NCBI RefSeq assembly: GCF_000186885.1
Contig: NC_014972.1
Coordinates: 1,950,001 to 1,982,000, forward strand
DNA: 32,000 nt
Direction: 5' to 3'
Source of the DNA: Desulfobulbus propionicus DSM 2032
Lineage (GTDB): Bacteria; Desulfobacterota; Desulfobulbia; Desulfobulbales; Desulfobulbaceae
Part shown: one piece after another, positions 1 through 8,120 of the stretch
How positions within the stretch are numbered: the first letter of the stretch is position 1
Layout of the letters: each line of letters starts with the position of its first letter
Notes under the pieces: generated by a model
Database searches by the model: none
Seen by the model: only the letters and a program-made list of their open reading frames with translations
Told to the model about the DNA's origin: nothing
Made by a program: the position numbers and the translations under genes

Positions 1-35
1 CCGCGCCCTTCCAGCCCAATGGGAGGCAATCCGGC

Positions 36-2432
36 TTAGAACCGCTCGAATTCCTCGTCCAGGTGATCCGCACCGCCCGTGACACCCAGGTCGAGCTGGA
101 TACCCGTTTCGGCCTGGGCCTGACGGACCGGTTTGCCCGGTTTTTCCACAGCTACCTTGACCGCGCCGGCGTTCTTGGGCAGGGGCGCGGGAGCGATGAA
201 CGGCTGCTGGGCACGAACCGGCTGCACCGCTGCCGTCACCCGCCGCTGTCGGCCGGTGTCCAGGGTAAAGAAGGCGATGGTGGCCTTGAGCTGCTCGGCC
301 TGACTGGACAGTTCCTCGGTGGTCGAGGCCATTTCCTCGGCCGCGCCCGCGTTCTGCTGAATCACCTGATCCAGCTGCTGGATGGCCTTGTTGATCTGGT
401 CGGCGCCGGTATCCTGCTCCTTGCTCGAAGCGCTGATCTCCTGGACCAGTTCGGCAGTCTTCTGGATATCGGGCAGCATCTTGCCCAGCATCTCGCCGGC
501 CTGCTCGGCAATAGCCACGCTGGAAGTGGACAGCTGGCTGATCTCGCCTGCCGCCGACTGGCTCCGTTCCGCCAGTTTGCGCACCTCGGAGGCCACCACC
601 GCGAATCCCTTGCCGTGCTCGCCGGCCCGCGCCGCCTCGATGGCCGCGTTGAGGGCGAGCAGATTGGTCTGACGGGCGATCTCCTCGATGATCGAAATCT
701 TGGTGGCGATCTGTTTCATGGCCGAGACGGTTTCGGTCACCGCCTTGCCGCCCTCGCGGGCATCGGACGCGCTCTTGACCGCGATTTTTTCCGTCTGCAT
801 GGCGTTGTCGGTGTTCTGGCGGATGTTGGACGCCATCTGCTCCATGCTCGACGAGACCTCCTCGGCGCTGGCCGCCTGCTCGGTCGCGCCTTGCGACATC
901 TGCTGGGCGGTAGCGGACATCTCCTGGGCGCCGGTGGCCACGTTGTCGGCCGCAGCCTGCACCTCGGTGACCACCTCTTTCAGTTTGTCCACCATGGTGG
1001 ACAGGGAGACCATCAATTCATCGTTGTCGGAACGCTTCTTCAACTCGACCATCAGGTTGCCCTGGGCGACCTGCTTGGCGTTGGCGGCGATGTTGTTGAT
1101 GGCCTCGATCAACAGGTTGAGGTTGTTCTTGATTTGATTGTACTGCCCTTTATAGACATCGGTGATCAGCGGCGGCATGTCGCCCTTGGATACCCTGTCG
1201 ACATAGTCGGCGGTGACCCGCAGGGGGTTGACGATGTTGGTGACCGTGTCGTTGACCCCGACCACCAGGGTGTTCCAGCCGCCGACAAAGAGCGAGGCAT
1301 CGGCGCGTTTGTCCAACTCGCCGTCGGCGGCCGCCTTGATCAACAGGTCGGTCTGGGCGAGCAGGTCGGTCATCATCCGCACCATGTTGTTGAGATTGTC
1401 CTTGATCTGGTTGAAATCGCCGTTGTAGTTGGCGGTGATCGCCGGCGGAATGACGCCCTTGGCAATCTGGTCGACATACTCGGCAGCCACGTTCAAGGGG
1501 GTAATCACCGCATCCAGGGTGTCGTTGACCCCAACCACGATCTTCTGAAAATCCCCCTGGTGACGGGAGACGTCGGCGCGGGTGGCGAGCCGGCCTTCCA
1601 CGGCGGCGGTGGCCAGCATGTTGGCATCGTCGACCAGGGCCTGGATGGTGGCCACCATCTTCTTCATTGCCGCCATGACGCTGGTGGTGTCGCCGCTGGC
1701 GAGCACGATATCGTGCGACAGATCGCCGACCGCCACCGTGTTGGCAATTTCCCCCACCTGTTTCGGATCGCCGCCCAGTTGGCGCAGGACAATGCGGGCA
1801 ATGAACAGACCCAGGCCAATGGCCAGCACCACTCCGACCACCGCCAGCACGGTCATGATGATATTGGCGCTCTTGGCGGTGGCGCTGTTTTCAATCGAGG
1901 TCAGATTGCCCTGCTCTATCTTTGCCTCCATGAGCTTGTCGATGATGTTCTGTTCTTCTAGGGCGGCTTTCACCACCTCCCCTTGGAGCAGGGCGGTGGC
2001 TTCCGTGCCCTTGCCTTCGCGCGCCAAGGCAATCGCTTGCCCCAGGAGCGTGGTATAGAGTTCCTTGGCTTTCTTGAAGTCCTCGAACAGGCGGCGGCCC
2101 TCATCGGTGAGGATGGTTTTCTCGAAACTCTCGGTGTTCTTGTCGATGCTGGCCTGGAGTTCCTTGATCCGGCCGGCAAAGGTTTCCCGCTGCTCCTGCG
2201 TGGTGGCGGTCAGGAAATCCCGGGAGTTGACCCGGATTCGTTGAAAAGCGATGGAGATGTTGGCCATTTCGCCGAGCGGCACGGTGATTTTCTCGTACAG
2301 TTTGGTATCAGCCACATCGAGCTTGTCGATGGTAACAATGCCATAGCCGCCAATGGCGCCGGCAATGATCGCCACGGTGATGAAGCCGACCAGCAGCTTT
2401 CCCTTCAGGGTCATGTTGTCAAACCAGGTCAT
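36..2432 (-). CDS. Methyl-accepting chemotaxis protein (two TM segments flanking a ~190-aa helical periplasmic sensor, HAMP-type linker, two ~80-aa internal repeats, canonical signalling domain)
   Basis: ORF 36..2510. Canonical MCP hairpin tip [42 protein letters not shown]. Hydrophobic segments [21 protein letters not shown] and [22 protein letters not shown]. Start moved to ATG 2432 (MTWFDN...), which has GGAGGA 6 nt upstream. TAA at 36-38. Confidence 0.9.
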   Translation of the reverse strand: MTWFDNMTLKGKLLVGFITVAIIAGAIGGYGIVTIDKLDVADTKLYEKITVPLGEMANISIAFQRIRVNSRDFLTATTQEQRETFAGRIKELQASIDKNTESFEKTILTDEGRRLFEDFKKAKELYTTLLGQAIALAREGKGTEATALLQGEVVKAALEEQNIIDKLMEAKIEQGNLTSIENSATAKSANIIMTVLAVVGVVLAIGLGLFIARIVLRQLGGDPKQVGEIANTVAVGDLSHDIVLASGDTTSVMAAMKKMVATIQALVDDANMLATAAVEGRLATRADVSRHQGDFQKIVVGVNDTLDAVITPLNVAAEYVDQIAKGVIPPAITANYNGDFNQIKDNLNNMVRMMTDLLAQTDLLIKAAADGELDKRADASLFVGGWNTLVVGVNDTVTNIVNPLRVTADYVDRVSKGDMPPLITDVYKGQYNQIKNNLNLLIEAINNIAANAKQVAQGNLMVELKKRSDNDELMVSLSTMVDKLKEVVTEVQAAADNVATGAQEMSATAQQMSQGATEQAASAEEVSSSMEQMASNIRQNTDNAMQTEKIAVKSASDAREGGKAVTETVSAMKQIATKISIIEEIARQTNLLALNAAIEAARAGEHGKGFAVVASEVRKLAERSQSAAGEISQLSTSSVAIAEQAGEMLGKMLPDIQKTAELVQEISASSKEQDTGADQINKAIQQLDQVIQQNAGAAEEMASTTEELSSQAEQLKATIAFFTLDTGRQRRVTAAVQPVRAQQPFIAPAPLPKNAGAVKVAVEKPGKPVRQAQAETGIQLDLGVTGGADHLDEEFERF

Positions 2433-2493
2433 CCTATTTCCTCCAGAATTGTGGGCAATGTGCGTATTGCCAAGCTGAGCGTTCAGGGGCGCT

Positions 2494-2521
2494 CGTTTCC
2501 TGCTGATCAAGACGTTTCCTG
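2494..2521. repeat. 9-nt direct repeat CGTTTCCTG x2 (2494..2502 and 2513..2521) in the cheA-mcp spacer
   Basis: Exact 9-mer seen twice, 19 bp apart start to start, inside the 200-bp non-coding gap. A GGCAAT-N6-ATTGCC inverted repeat lies at 2454..2471, just upstream of the MCP ribosome-binding site. Confidence 0.5.
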
Positions 2522-2633
2522 AACGCCTTGGGTCTGTTGGGTCAGGGCAGGGGACTGTTCCCCGCGCCTGTTGAACAATTGCCGCATCCCGCCGTGCGCA
2601 AGGGGCACGGCTGGAACTGTCCCGGCCGCACGG

Positions 2634-4742
2634 TCACGGCTTCCTCTGTTCGGCGGTTTCCGCCATCCGCACCAGGTCGGCTGGCGAGAGGATCAGGGCC
2701 ACCGAACCGTCGCCGAGGATGGTGGCCCCGGAGATGCCCCGCACATCCTGGTAGAGGATGCCAAGCGGCTTGATCACTGTCTGGTGTTCGCCGACAACGA
2801 AATCGACCACGAAGCCGATCCGCACGCCCTGGACCGCAACAATGACGATCTGCTCGATCTCCGGCCGGGTGCCGTTGATGGCGAACTGGTCGCGCAAACG
2901 GATATAGGGGGTGAGGTGGCCGCGTACGTTGGCCAGGTTGCGGCCATGGGAGGCCTCGACATCGGCCCGGGACAGCTCCACGCATTCCTCGATCGGCGCC
3001 AGCGGCAGGACGAAATGGCTGTCGCCAACCTGCACCAGCAGGCTCTCGATGATCGCCAGGGTCAGGGGGATCTTGAGGGTGATGGTGGTGCCCCGGCCCA
3101 GTTCGCTGTCGACCGCGATGGTGCCGCGCAGTCCCTCGATGCCGCGTTTGACCACGTCCATGCCGACTCCCCGGCCGGACACGCTGGTAATCTGATCCGC
3201 CGTGGAAAATCCGGGGGTAAAGATGCACGCGAAAATCTCCTGGTCGCCCAGCTCGGCGTTGGCGGAGAGCAGCCCCAGCCTGACCGCCTTGGCGCGGACC
3301 GCTGCGGGGTCGATGCCCTTGCCGTCGTCGTGGATGGTGATCAACACCGAGTCGCCGGCGTGCTCGGCCCCGAGGCGAATGGTTCCGGTGGTCGGCTTGC
3401 CGGCGGCCATCCGCTCGGCCGGCGCCTCGATGCCGTGATCGATGCTGTTGCGGATGATGTGCACCAGTGGATCGTTGAGCTTTTCGATCACCGTCTTGTC
3501 CAGTTCGGTGTCGGCGCCAAAGGTCTCCATCTCGATCTCCTTGCCCAATTCCCGGGAGAGATCGCGCACCAGCCGCTTGAACTTGCTGAAGGTGCTGCCG
3601 ATGGGCAGCATGCGGATGTTGAGCGCCGTGTCGCGCAGTTCGTTGGTCAGCCGTTCCACTTCCTCGGCGATGGCGATGTAGGTGGCATCGCCGAGAGCGT
3701 TGGAGACCTGCGACAGCCGCGCCTGGACCGTGACCATTTCCCCGACCAGATTCACCAGCTGATCGAGCTTCTCGGCCGGAACCCGGATGCTGGCCGCGGA
3801 TTCGGTGTTGGCCTGTTCCTGTCTCGTTTTGCGGACATGCTGCTGTTCGTCGAGGGCGGCCGCGACCTTGTCCGGACTGACCATCCCCCCGTCCACCAGC
3901 AGCTCGCCAAGCGGTTTCTGGTGCCGCAGCACCTCGTCCAGGGCCTCTGGAGCCAAATCGCCGCGTTCGATCAGGATTTCGCCCAACCGCTTGTACTCGG
4001 GCTGCCGGTCCTCCAAGGCTGGTTCGTCGATCAGCTCGATATTGAGCTGACAGTCATCCTCGACAAAAAGGAACACGTCGCGGATGGCCTCCTCGCCGCG
4101 AACGGTGCTCAGGACGATGTCCCAGGAGAGGTAGCAGTGTTCGCCCACAAAAGAATCGAGCGGCGGAACGGCGTCGAATTGGGCGGTGACCAGGCAGGTG
4201 CCCAATTCGCGCAATTCGTTGATCAGGGCCAGGGGGTTGCTGCCGCACAGCAGCATCTCGCGGTGCGGCTGAAAACGAATGCGCCAGGTCTGAAGCGGGG
4301 CACGCTCCACCTCGTCCGCCTGGGCGGCCAGCGGCACCGCTTCAGCCCCGCGATGGAGTACAGACGGTGGGAGCAGCCGACGCAGGCCATCGATCAGCTG
4401 GTCGCCGGTGCCGCGTTCCACCGGCATGCCCTCCGTGGCGGTCGCAAGCAGCATGGAAATATGGTCGCGGGACCGGAGCGTCAGGTCGAGCAGCTCCTTG
4501 GTCACCACCATCCGGCCGTTGCGCACCAGGTCGAACACGGTCTCCACCTCATGGGTAAAGGCGGCGATCTCGTCGAAGCCGAACATCGCCCCGGACCCCT
4601 TGATGGTGTGCATGGCCCGAAACACGCGATCGATCAGTTCCCGGTCGTCCGGCCGTGTTTCAAGATCGAGCAGCGAGGTTTCCAGTTCGGCCAGCAGTTC
4701 GGCGGCTTCTTCGCGATAGGTCGCAATATGATCTTCGAACAT
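2634..4742 (-). CDS. cheA: Chemotaxis histidine kinase CheA (Hpt, dimerisation, HATPase and C-terminal CheW-like domains)
   Basis: Hpt motif FRAMHTIKGSGAMFGF. N-box DPLVHIIRNSIDHGIE, G1 HDDGKGID, G2 SGRGVGMDVV. C-terminal CheW-like region (HFVLPLAPIEECVEL...GATILGDGSVALIL). Start set to ATG 4742 (MFEDHI...) with AAGGA 8 nt upstream. The ORF track start at 4784 is less likely. Confidence 0.93.
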   Translation of the reverse strand: MFEDHIATYREEAAELLAELETSLLDLETRPDDRELIDRVFRAMHTIKGSGAMFGFDEIAAFTHEVETVFDLVRNGRMVVTKELLDLTLRSRDHISMLLATATEGMPVERGTGDQLIDGLRRLLPPSVLHRGAEAVPLAAQADEVERAPLQTWRIRFQPHREMLLCGSNPLALINELRELGTCLVTAQFDAVPPLDSFVGEHCYLSWDIVLSTVRGEEAIRDVFLFVEDDCQLNIELIDEPALEDRQPEYKRLGEILIERGDLAPEALDEVLRHQKPLGELLVDGGMVSPDKVAAALDEQQHVRKTRQEQANTESAASIRVPAEKLDQLVNLVGEMVTVQARLSQVSNALGDATYIAIAEEVERLTNELRDTALNIRMLPIGSTFSKFKRLVRDLSRELGKEIEMETFGADTELDKTVIEKLNDPLVHIIRNSIDHGIEAPAERMAAGKPTTGTIRLGAEHAGDSVLITIHDDGKGIDPAAVRAKAVRLGLLSANAELGDQEIFACIFTPGFSTADQITSVSGRGVGMDVVKRGIEGLRGTIAVDSELGRGTTITLKIPLTLAIIESLLVQVGDSHFVLPLAPIEECVELSRADVEASHGRNLANVRGHLTPYIRLRDQFAINGTRPEIEQIVIVAVQGVRIGFVVDFVVGEHQTVIKPLGILYQDVRGISGATILGDGSVALILSPADLVRMAETAEQRKP

Positions 4743-4812
4743 CCGTGGCATCCTTATGTCGTCTTGTCCGGCCGTTGGCGGCACGGGCCGTTGGTTGTCC
4801 CGGGTCGGGCTT

Positions 4813-5178
4813 TCATCCCAGCACCTTTTTCACCACCGCGACCAGTTGTTCCGGCTTGAACGGCTTGACGATCCAGCCGGTGGCTCCGGCCGCCTTGCCC
4901 TCGGCCTTCTTGCCATCCTGGGATTCGGTGGTCAGCATGACAATGGGAATGAATTTGTTGAGACCGCCGGCCCGGACTCCTTTGATCAGGCCGATGCCAT
5001 CCAATTTGGGCATGTTGAGATCGGTCAGCAGCATGTCCACCTTCTTGGTGGTCAGCTTGCTCAACGCATCCTGACCATCGACCGCTTCCACGACCTCGTA
5101 GCCGTTCTGTTTGAGGGTAAAGGCCACCATCTGTCGGATGCTGGCCGAATCATCGGCTGTCATGATTAGCTTTGCCAT
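4813..5178 (-). CDS. cheY: CheY-like single-domain response regulator
   Basis: 121 aa. Receiver signatures IMTADDS, MLLTDLNMPKLDG, VMLTTES, GWIVKPF. GGAGGT lies 5 nt upstream of the ATG at 5178. Confidence 0.9.
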   Translation of the reverse strand: MAKLIMTADDSASIRQMVAFTLKQNGYEVVEAVDGQDALSKLTTKKVDMLLTDLNMPKLDGIGLIKGVRAGGLNKFIPIVMLTTESQDGKKAEGKAAGATGWIVKPFKPEQLVAVVKKVLG

Positions 5179-5531
5179 GCGTCACCTCCCGTGAGCGCGA
5201 GAAAACAGGGGTGGGGATGCTTGCCGCATCGTTCGCGGCACTGGACCCCCGCACCAATCGCCAGGTCTGTCAAGGACGCCGGAAGCGGCCCGCGACAGAC
5301 CAGCCTTTTGCCCGCTCCAGCGGCCGTGGCCGAGGCCGAGCAGAACAATTGCAGGGCCGTGATGTCCATTTCCACCTCGGGCTCGAATACAATGCCCACG
5401 GTGTCGTTCTCCGCCAGCAGTTGCCGAAGCCGTTGGCCGTAGTCCGACACCGTTTCAATGGTCAAACGAGGGCCTATCCTGATCACGCCTTCACGTGCCT
5501 GGCGTGAGCTGTTCAACGGTGTCTGTTCCAT
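5166..5531 (-). CDS. STAS-domain protein (anti-sigma-factor-antagonist-like; no obvious phosphorylatable Ser)
   Basis: 121 aa with a pattern typical of STAS/SpoIIAA-like proteins (LTIETVSDYGQRLRQLL...VEMDITALQLFCSA...GKRLVCRGPLPASL). Strong GGAGGA 5 nt upstream of ATG 5531. Overlaps the upstream gene by 41 nt and cheY by 13 nt. The family call is by eye only. Confidence 0.55.
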   Translation of the reverse strand: MEQTPLNSSRQAREGVIRIGPRLTIETVSDYGQRLRQLLAENDTVGIVFEPEVEMDITALQLFCSASATAAGAGKRLVCRGPLPASLTDLAIGAGVQCRERCGKHPHPCFLALTGGDAWQS

Positions 5532-5994
5532 GCACTTCCTCCCAAGTCATTTCCGACATCCAGTTTGGTGTTTCCGTTGCCCGTAAAATGCCGCACTTCT
5601 CCTCGGCGATGAACGTGCCGAATTCGGCGTCCGCCTGCAGGATGTGGCCCGAAAGCCAACTGTGCAAAAAGGAAAGGACCTCAAGGGCGAGACTCTTGTC
5701 GCCACGGCGATAGCTGATGGCGAACTCTCCTATTCTCAGCGAGAAACGGTCGTGTTCCCGTGCGTGCTGCTCCACGGCGGGATAGCCGTTGGCTTTCATC
5801 CACCGCTCCTCCGCCGCAAAGTGATAAATGGCGTAATCGCTCAACTCGTCGATCAGGGTCCCGATGATGTGTGCGGTGGCCCGATTGACGAAATCGTCAT
5901 GGAGCTTGTTGAGCAGAAAGAACATGTGCCGGTGATGGGCATCGATTTGCGGTATTCCGATCGAGTATCGAGCACTCCACGTTACGAGAGGCAT
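5491..5994 (-). CDS. Bacteriohemerythrin (stand-alone, with ~30-aa C-terminal extension)
   Basis: Hemerythrin metal-ligand motifs in order: WSARYSIGIPQIDAHHRHMF, HFAAEERWM, HAREHDRF, WLSGHILQADAEFGTF. AGGA lies 9 nt upstream of ATG 5994. Confidence 0.92.
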   Translation of the reverse strand: MPLVTWSARYSIGIPQIDAHHRHMFFLLNKLHDDFVNRATAHIIGTLIDELSDYAIYHFAAEERWMKANGYPAVEQHAREHDRFSLRIGEFAISYRRGDKSLALEVLSFLHSWLSGHILQADAEFGTFIAEEKCGILRATETPNWMSEMTWEEVHGTDTVEQLTPGT

Positions 5995-6029
5995 GGGGGG
6001 GTATCCTTTTGTTCGGGGCTCATCGGCCG

Positions 6030-7889
6030 TTAAAAGAGATCGACGTTGTCGCCGAATTCAGAAGCATCTTCCAAGGCGGGTTGGTGCGGTGTTCGCTCGG
6101 TCGCCACGGTTTCCAGCCCGTGTTTGCGGGAAATGGCCTCGTGGATGCGCCGTTCGCTGTCCATGGTGTAGCGTTCGGCCATCTGGCGCAGCTCTTCCTT
6201 GAATTCCTCGCTTGCCGGAAACAGGGCACGGGACTGGGCGACGATCTGACGCAGCTCGTTGAGCACCTCATGCGCCAGGTCCTTGGTTCGTTGGTGGATA
6301 TCGATCGAAGCGGTGAGGCGTTCGATGTCGTGGACCAGGTCGTTGGCCTGCCGCTGTGCCTGGGCGAGCAGGGAAGACAGATCCTGCCCCATGGCTCCAA
6401 GGGTGGCGAGGATGGTGTCCAGCTCGGCCTGCATGCCGCCGAGCGTTGCGCTCAGGTGCGCCTCGTTGTGATCCGCCACCGTGGCAAGTCCGACGGTGGC
6501 GGTGTGCATTTCCTTCAAGGCAGCCGTGATGCTTTGGGTGCGGTGGCTGTCCTCTTTGGCCAACTGCCCGATTTCTTGCGCCAACACGCCGAGCGAGGCC
6601 CCTTCCTGGCCGGTGCCGGTGGCCTTGATCCTGGCATTGAGGGCGATGAGGATGACATCCTGGCCGATCTCCTCGATATCGGCGACAAACGTGGAGATGG
6701 CCGCAACGGTTGCCGTGATGCTTCGCATGATCTCGGCCACCTGGTTGTTGGTCTCCACCCCGACCGTCAGCAATTCGGTGATCGAGGCCATGTGACGGCG
6801 AACATCATCGATGAAGGAGCGGCCGGAGGCGGCGCTCATCCCGGAATCACCATGGAGAGTTTCGGTCAGCCGCCGCTGTTTGCCGGCGATTGCGTCCAGG
6901 TTGGTGACGATCCCGGTCACGGCGGCATGCAGCTCGGTGGAAGCAAAATGCAGCTGCGCCTCCTGAAGTTCGCACACATCCCCCATCTTGACGATGTGCT
7001 TCCGAAGCGCGGGTGCATCACCGGCAGCGGTATTCCCGGAGGTTGACGCATCCAACAGCGCCGTTGTTTGCTCCAGGCCCTCAAGGACATGCTCGACCTG
7101 CTGCCGGAACATGTCGTGCGACTGCATCGACTGGACGACCTCGCTGACGCTGTTTGCATTTTCCTCGGCAACCGTGGAGACCACTCCCCCCAAGCGGGAA
7201 AACCGCTCGTTGACCATTTCGAGGTGGGCGATGCTGGCGGTCGCGCTCGTCAGGGACGTCCTGATCCGCGATTCTTGCGCGGAGCCGGCAATCTGGATCT
7301 CGGCGTTGCTTCGGCCGATCAGCGCGGCGAGCAGCTCGCGCTGGTCATAAATATTGTTGGCCTTTTCTTTGATCTGCAGGGAAAGCGTTCGGATGTCCTG
7401 GGCCAGATTGTTGAACTCCCCCACCGATTCTCCACTGTCGGCGCTTTCGATTTTAATCAGCACTTCAAGAATGTAGAGCCGTTTGCTCATCTTCTTGAAG
7501 CCTTCCAGGGGTGAGCCGACCTGTTGCAGGAGTCCTCCCACGGTTGCGAAAACCGTGGATTGGTCGCCTCGTTGCGACTGGGTTTGTTCCAGGTAGGCTT
7601 CGATCTCGTGCACGATCCGCCGCAACCGGTCAATCAGGCCATGAAGGCGTTCCCCGGAGGCTGCCGCCACCAAGTGGTTGGCCGTCCGCAAGAGCGTCGT
7701 GGACGCCTGATGGATTTCCTGAACGTGACGGCCGATCTGCAAAAACTCCTGCTCCGTTGTTCCCGCAAGCCTTCGCAAGATGGCGAGCGAGGAGCCGATC
7801 GCCAATGACCAGGCGTCAAACAGGCTGGTCATCCGCGCGCTGTGCGTTCCTGTATCGTTGTCTGCCATGGGCGTGGTGCTCTGAGTCAT
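6030..7889 (-). CDS. Soluble MCP-like protein with divergent signalling hairpin tip (no TM segment seen)
   Basis: ORF 6030..7979. Residues around 6549..6677 align to the MCP tip but are strongly diverged (EEIGQDVILIALNARIKATGTGQEGASLGVLAQEIGQLAKED). The sequence is long and helical throughout. The start is uncertain. The track start 7979 is a TTG without an SD. ATG 7889 (MTQSTT...) has GGAGG 3 nt upstream. ATG 7868 and 7832 are also possible. Confidence 0.75.
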   Translation of the reverse strand: MTQSTTPMADNDTGTHSARMTSLFDAWSLAIGSSLAILRRLAGTTEQEFLQIGRHVQEIHQASTTLLRTANHLVAAASGERLHGLIDRLRRIVHEIEAYLEQTQSQRGDQSTVFATVGGLLQQVGSPLEGFKKMSKRLYILEVLIKIESADSGESVGEFNNLAQDIRTLSLQIKEKANNIYDQRELLAALIGRSNAEIQIAGSAQESRIRTSLTSATASIAHLEMVNERFSRLGGVVSTVAEENANSVSEVVQSMQSHDMFRQQVEHVLEGLEQTTALLDASTSGNTAAGDAPALRKHIVKMGDVCELQEAQLHFASTELHAAVTGIVTNLDAIAGKQRRLTETLHGDSGMSAASGRSFIDDVRRHMASITELLTVGVETNNQVAEIMRSITATVAAISTFVADIEEIGQDVILIALNARIKATGTGQEGASLGVLAQEIGQLAKEDSHRTQSITAALKEMHTATVGLATVADHNEAHLSATLGGMQAELDTILATLGAMGQDLSSLLAQAQRQANDLVHDIERLTASIDIHQRTKDLAHEVLNELRQIVAQSRALFPASEEFKEELRQMAERYTMDSERRIHEAISRKHGLETVATERTPHQPALEDASEFGDNVDLF

Positions 7890-8066
7890 GGGCCTCCATG
7901 GAGGTTGTTCTTCGGAGTGGTCCACGTCCCTGCCGGAACAGGCAAATGGAGGGCGTTCTCTCCCCAGGCGCTGTTCCAAGGGGGCAGGGTGCCAAGGGAA
8001 GGCTCACACACGGCAGCGGACGGTCGTCCTTTCCACAGTGATTGGCCGCTTCTGCTGCCCAGTTGA

Positions 8067-8081
8067 GCAGGTTCCGTGCCA
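8067..8081 (-). promoter_or_regulatory. Sigma-54 (-24/-12) type promoter for the chemosensory operon
   Basis: The minus strand reads TGGCACGGAACCTGC, against consensus TGGCACG-N4-TTGC. GG-N10-GC spacing is exact, with a single mismatch (C for T) in the -12 box. It points at the MCP-like gene, 88-178 nt from the candidate start codons. Confidence 0.6.
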
Positions 8082-8120
8082 TTCGGGGACAGAAGGTTTG
8101 TTTGTGAATAATTTACATAA

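Noticed and set aside
591-690. Nucleotide-level repeat between the two canonical MCP genes (591..~690 vs 25095..~25194). It includes a 24-nt exact match, GGCCACCACCGCGAATCCCTTGCC.
   Set aside because: It is explained by the highly conserved signalling-tip codons of paralogous receptors. It is not a mobile or regulatory repeat.
63-1961. Very long plus-strand ORFs antisense to annotated genes. These are 63..1961, 2571..4859, 6009..7046, 8886..10514, 16936..18852, 19842..21494, 22427..23815, 24483..25400 and 30020..30976, plus the many shorter ones in the track.
   Set aside because: Each lies opposite a minus-strand ORF with clear family signatures. Their translations are low-complexity and rich in G/R/D/H/L/A, with no recognisable motifs. 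Long stop-free antisense frames are expected in GC-rich DNA.
2543-2570. Imperfect GC-rich hairpin (CAGGGCAGGGGA-CTGT-TCCCCGCGCCTG) downstream of cheA as a possible terminator.
   Set aside because: There is no U-tract on the minus strand and the stem has mismatches. It may still contribute to RNA structure in the spacer, but there is not enough evidence for a feature call.
7098-7118. HDMFRQQ in the soluble MCP-like protein has the D-x3-Q spacing of the CheZ catalytic motif (DLTGQ in E. coli CheZ).
   Set aside because: A five-residue pattern in a coiled-coil protein rich in D/E/Q is far too weak to support a phosphatase claim. It is noted only as something a structure-based comparison could test.
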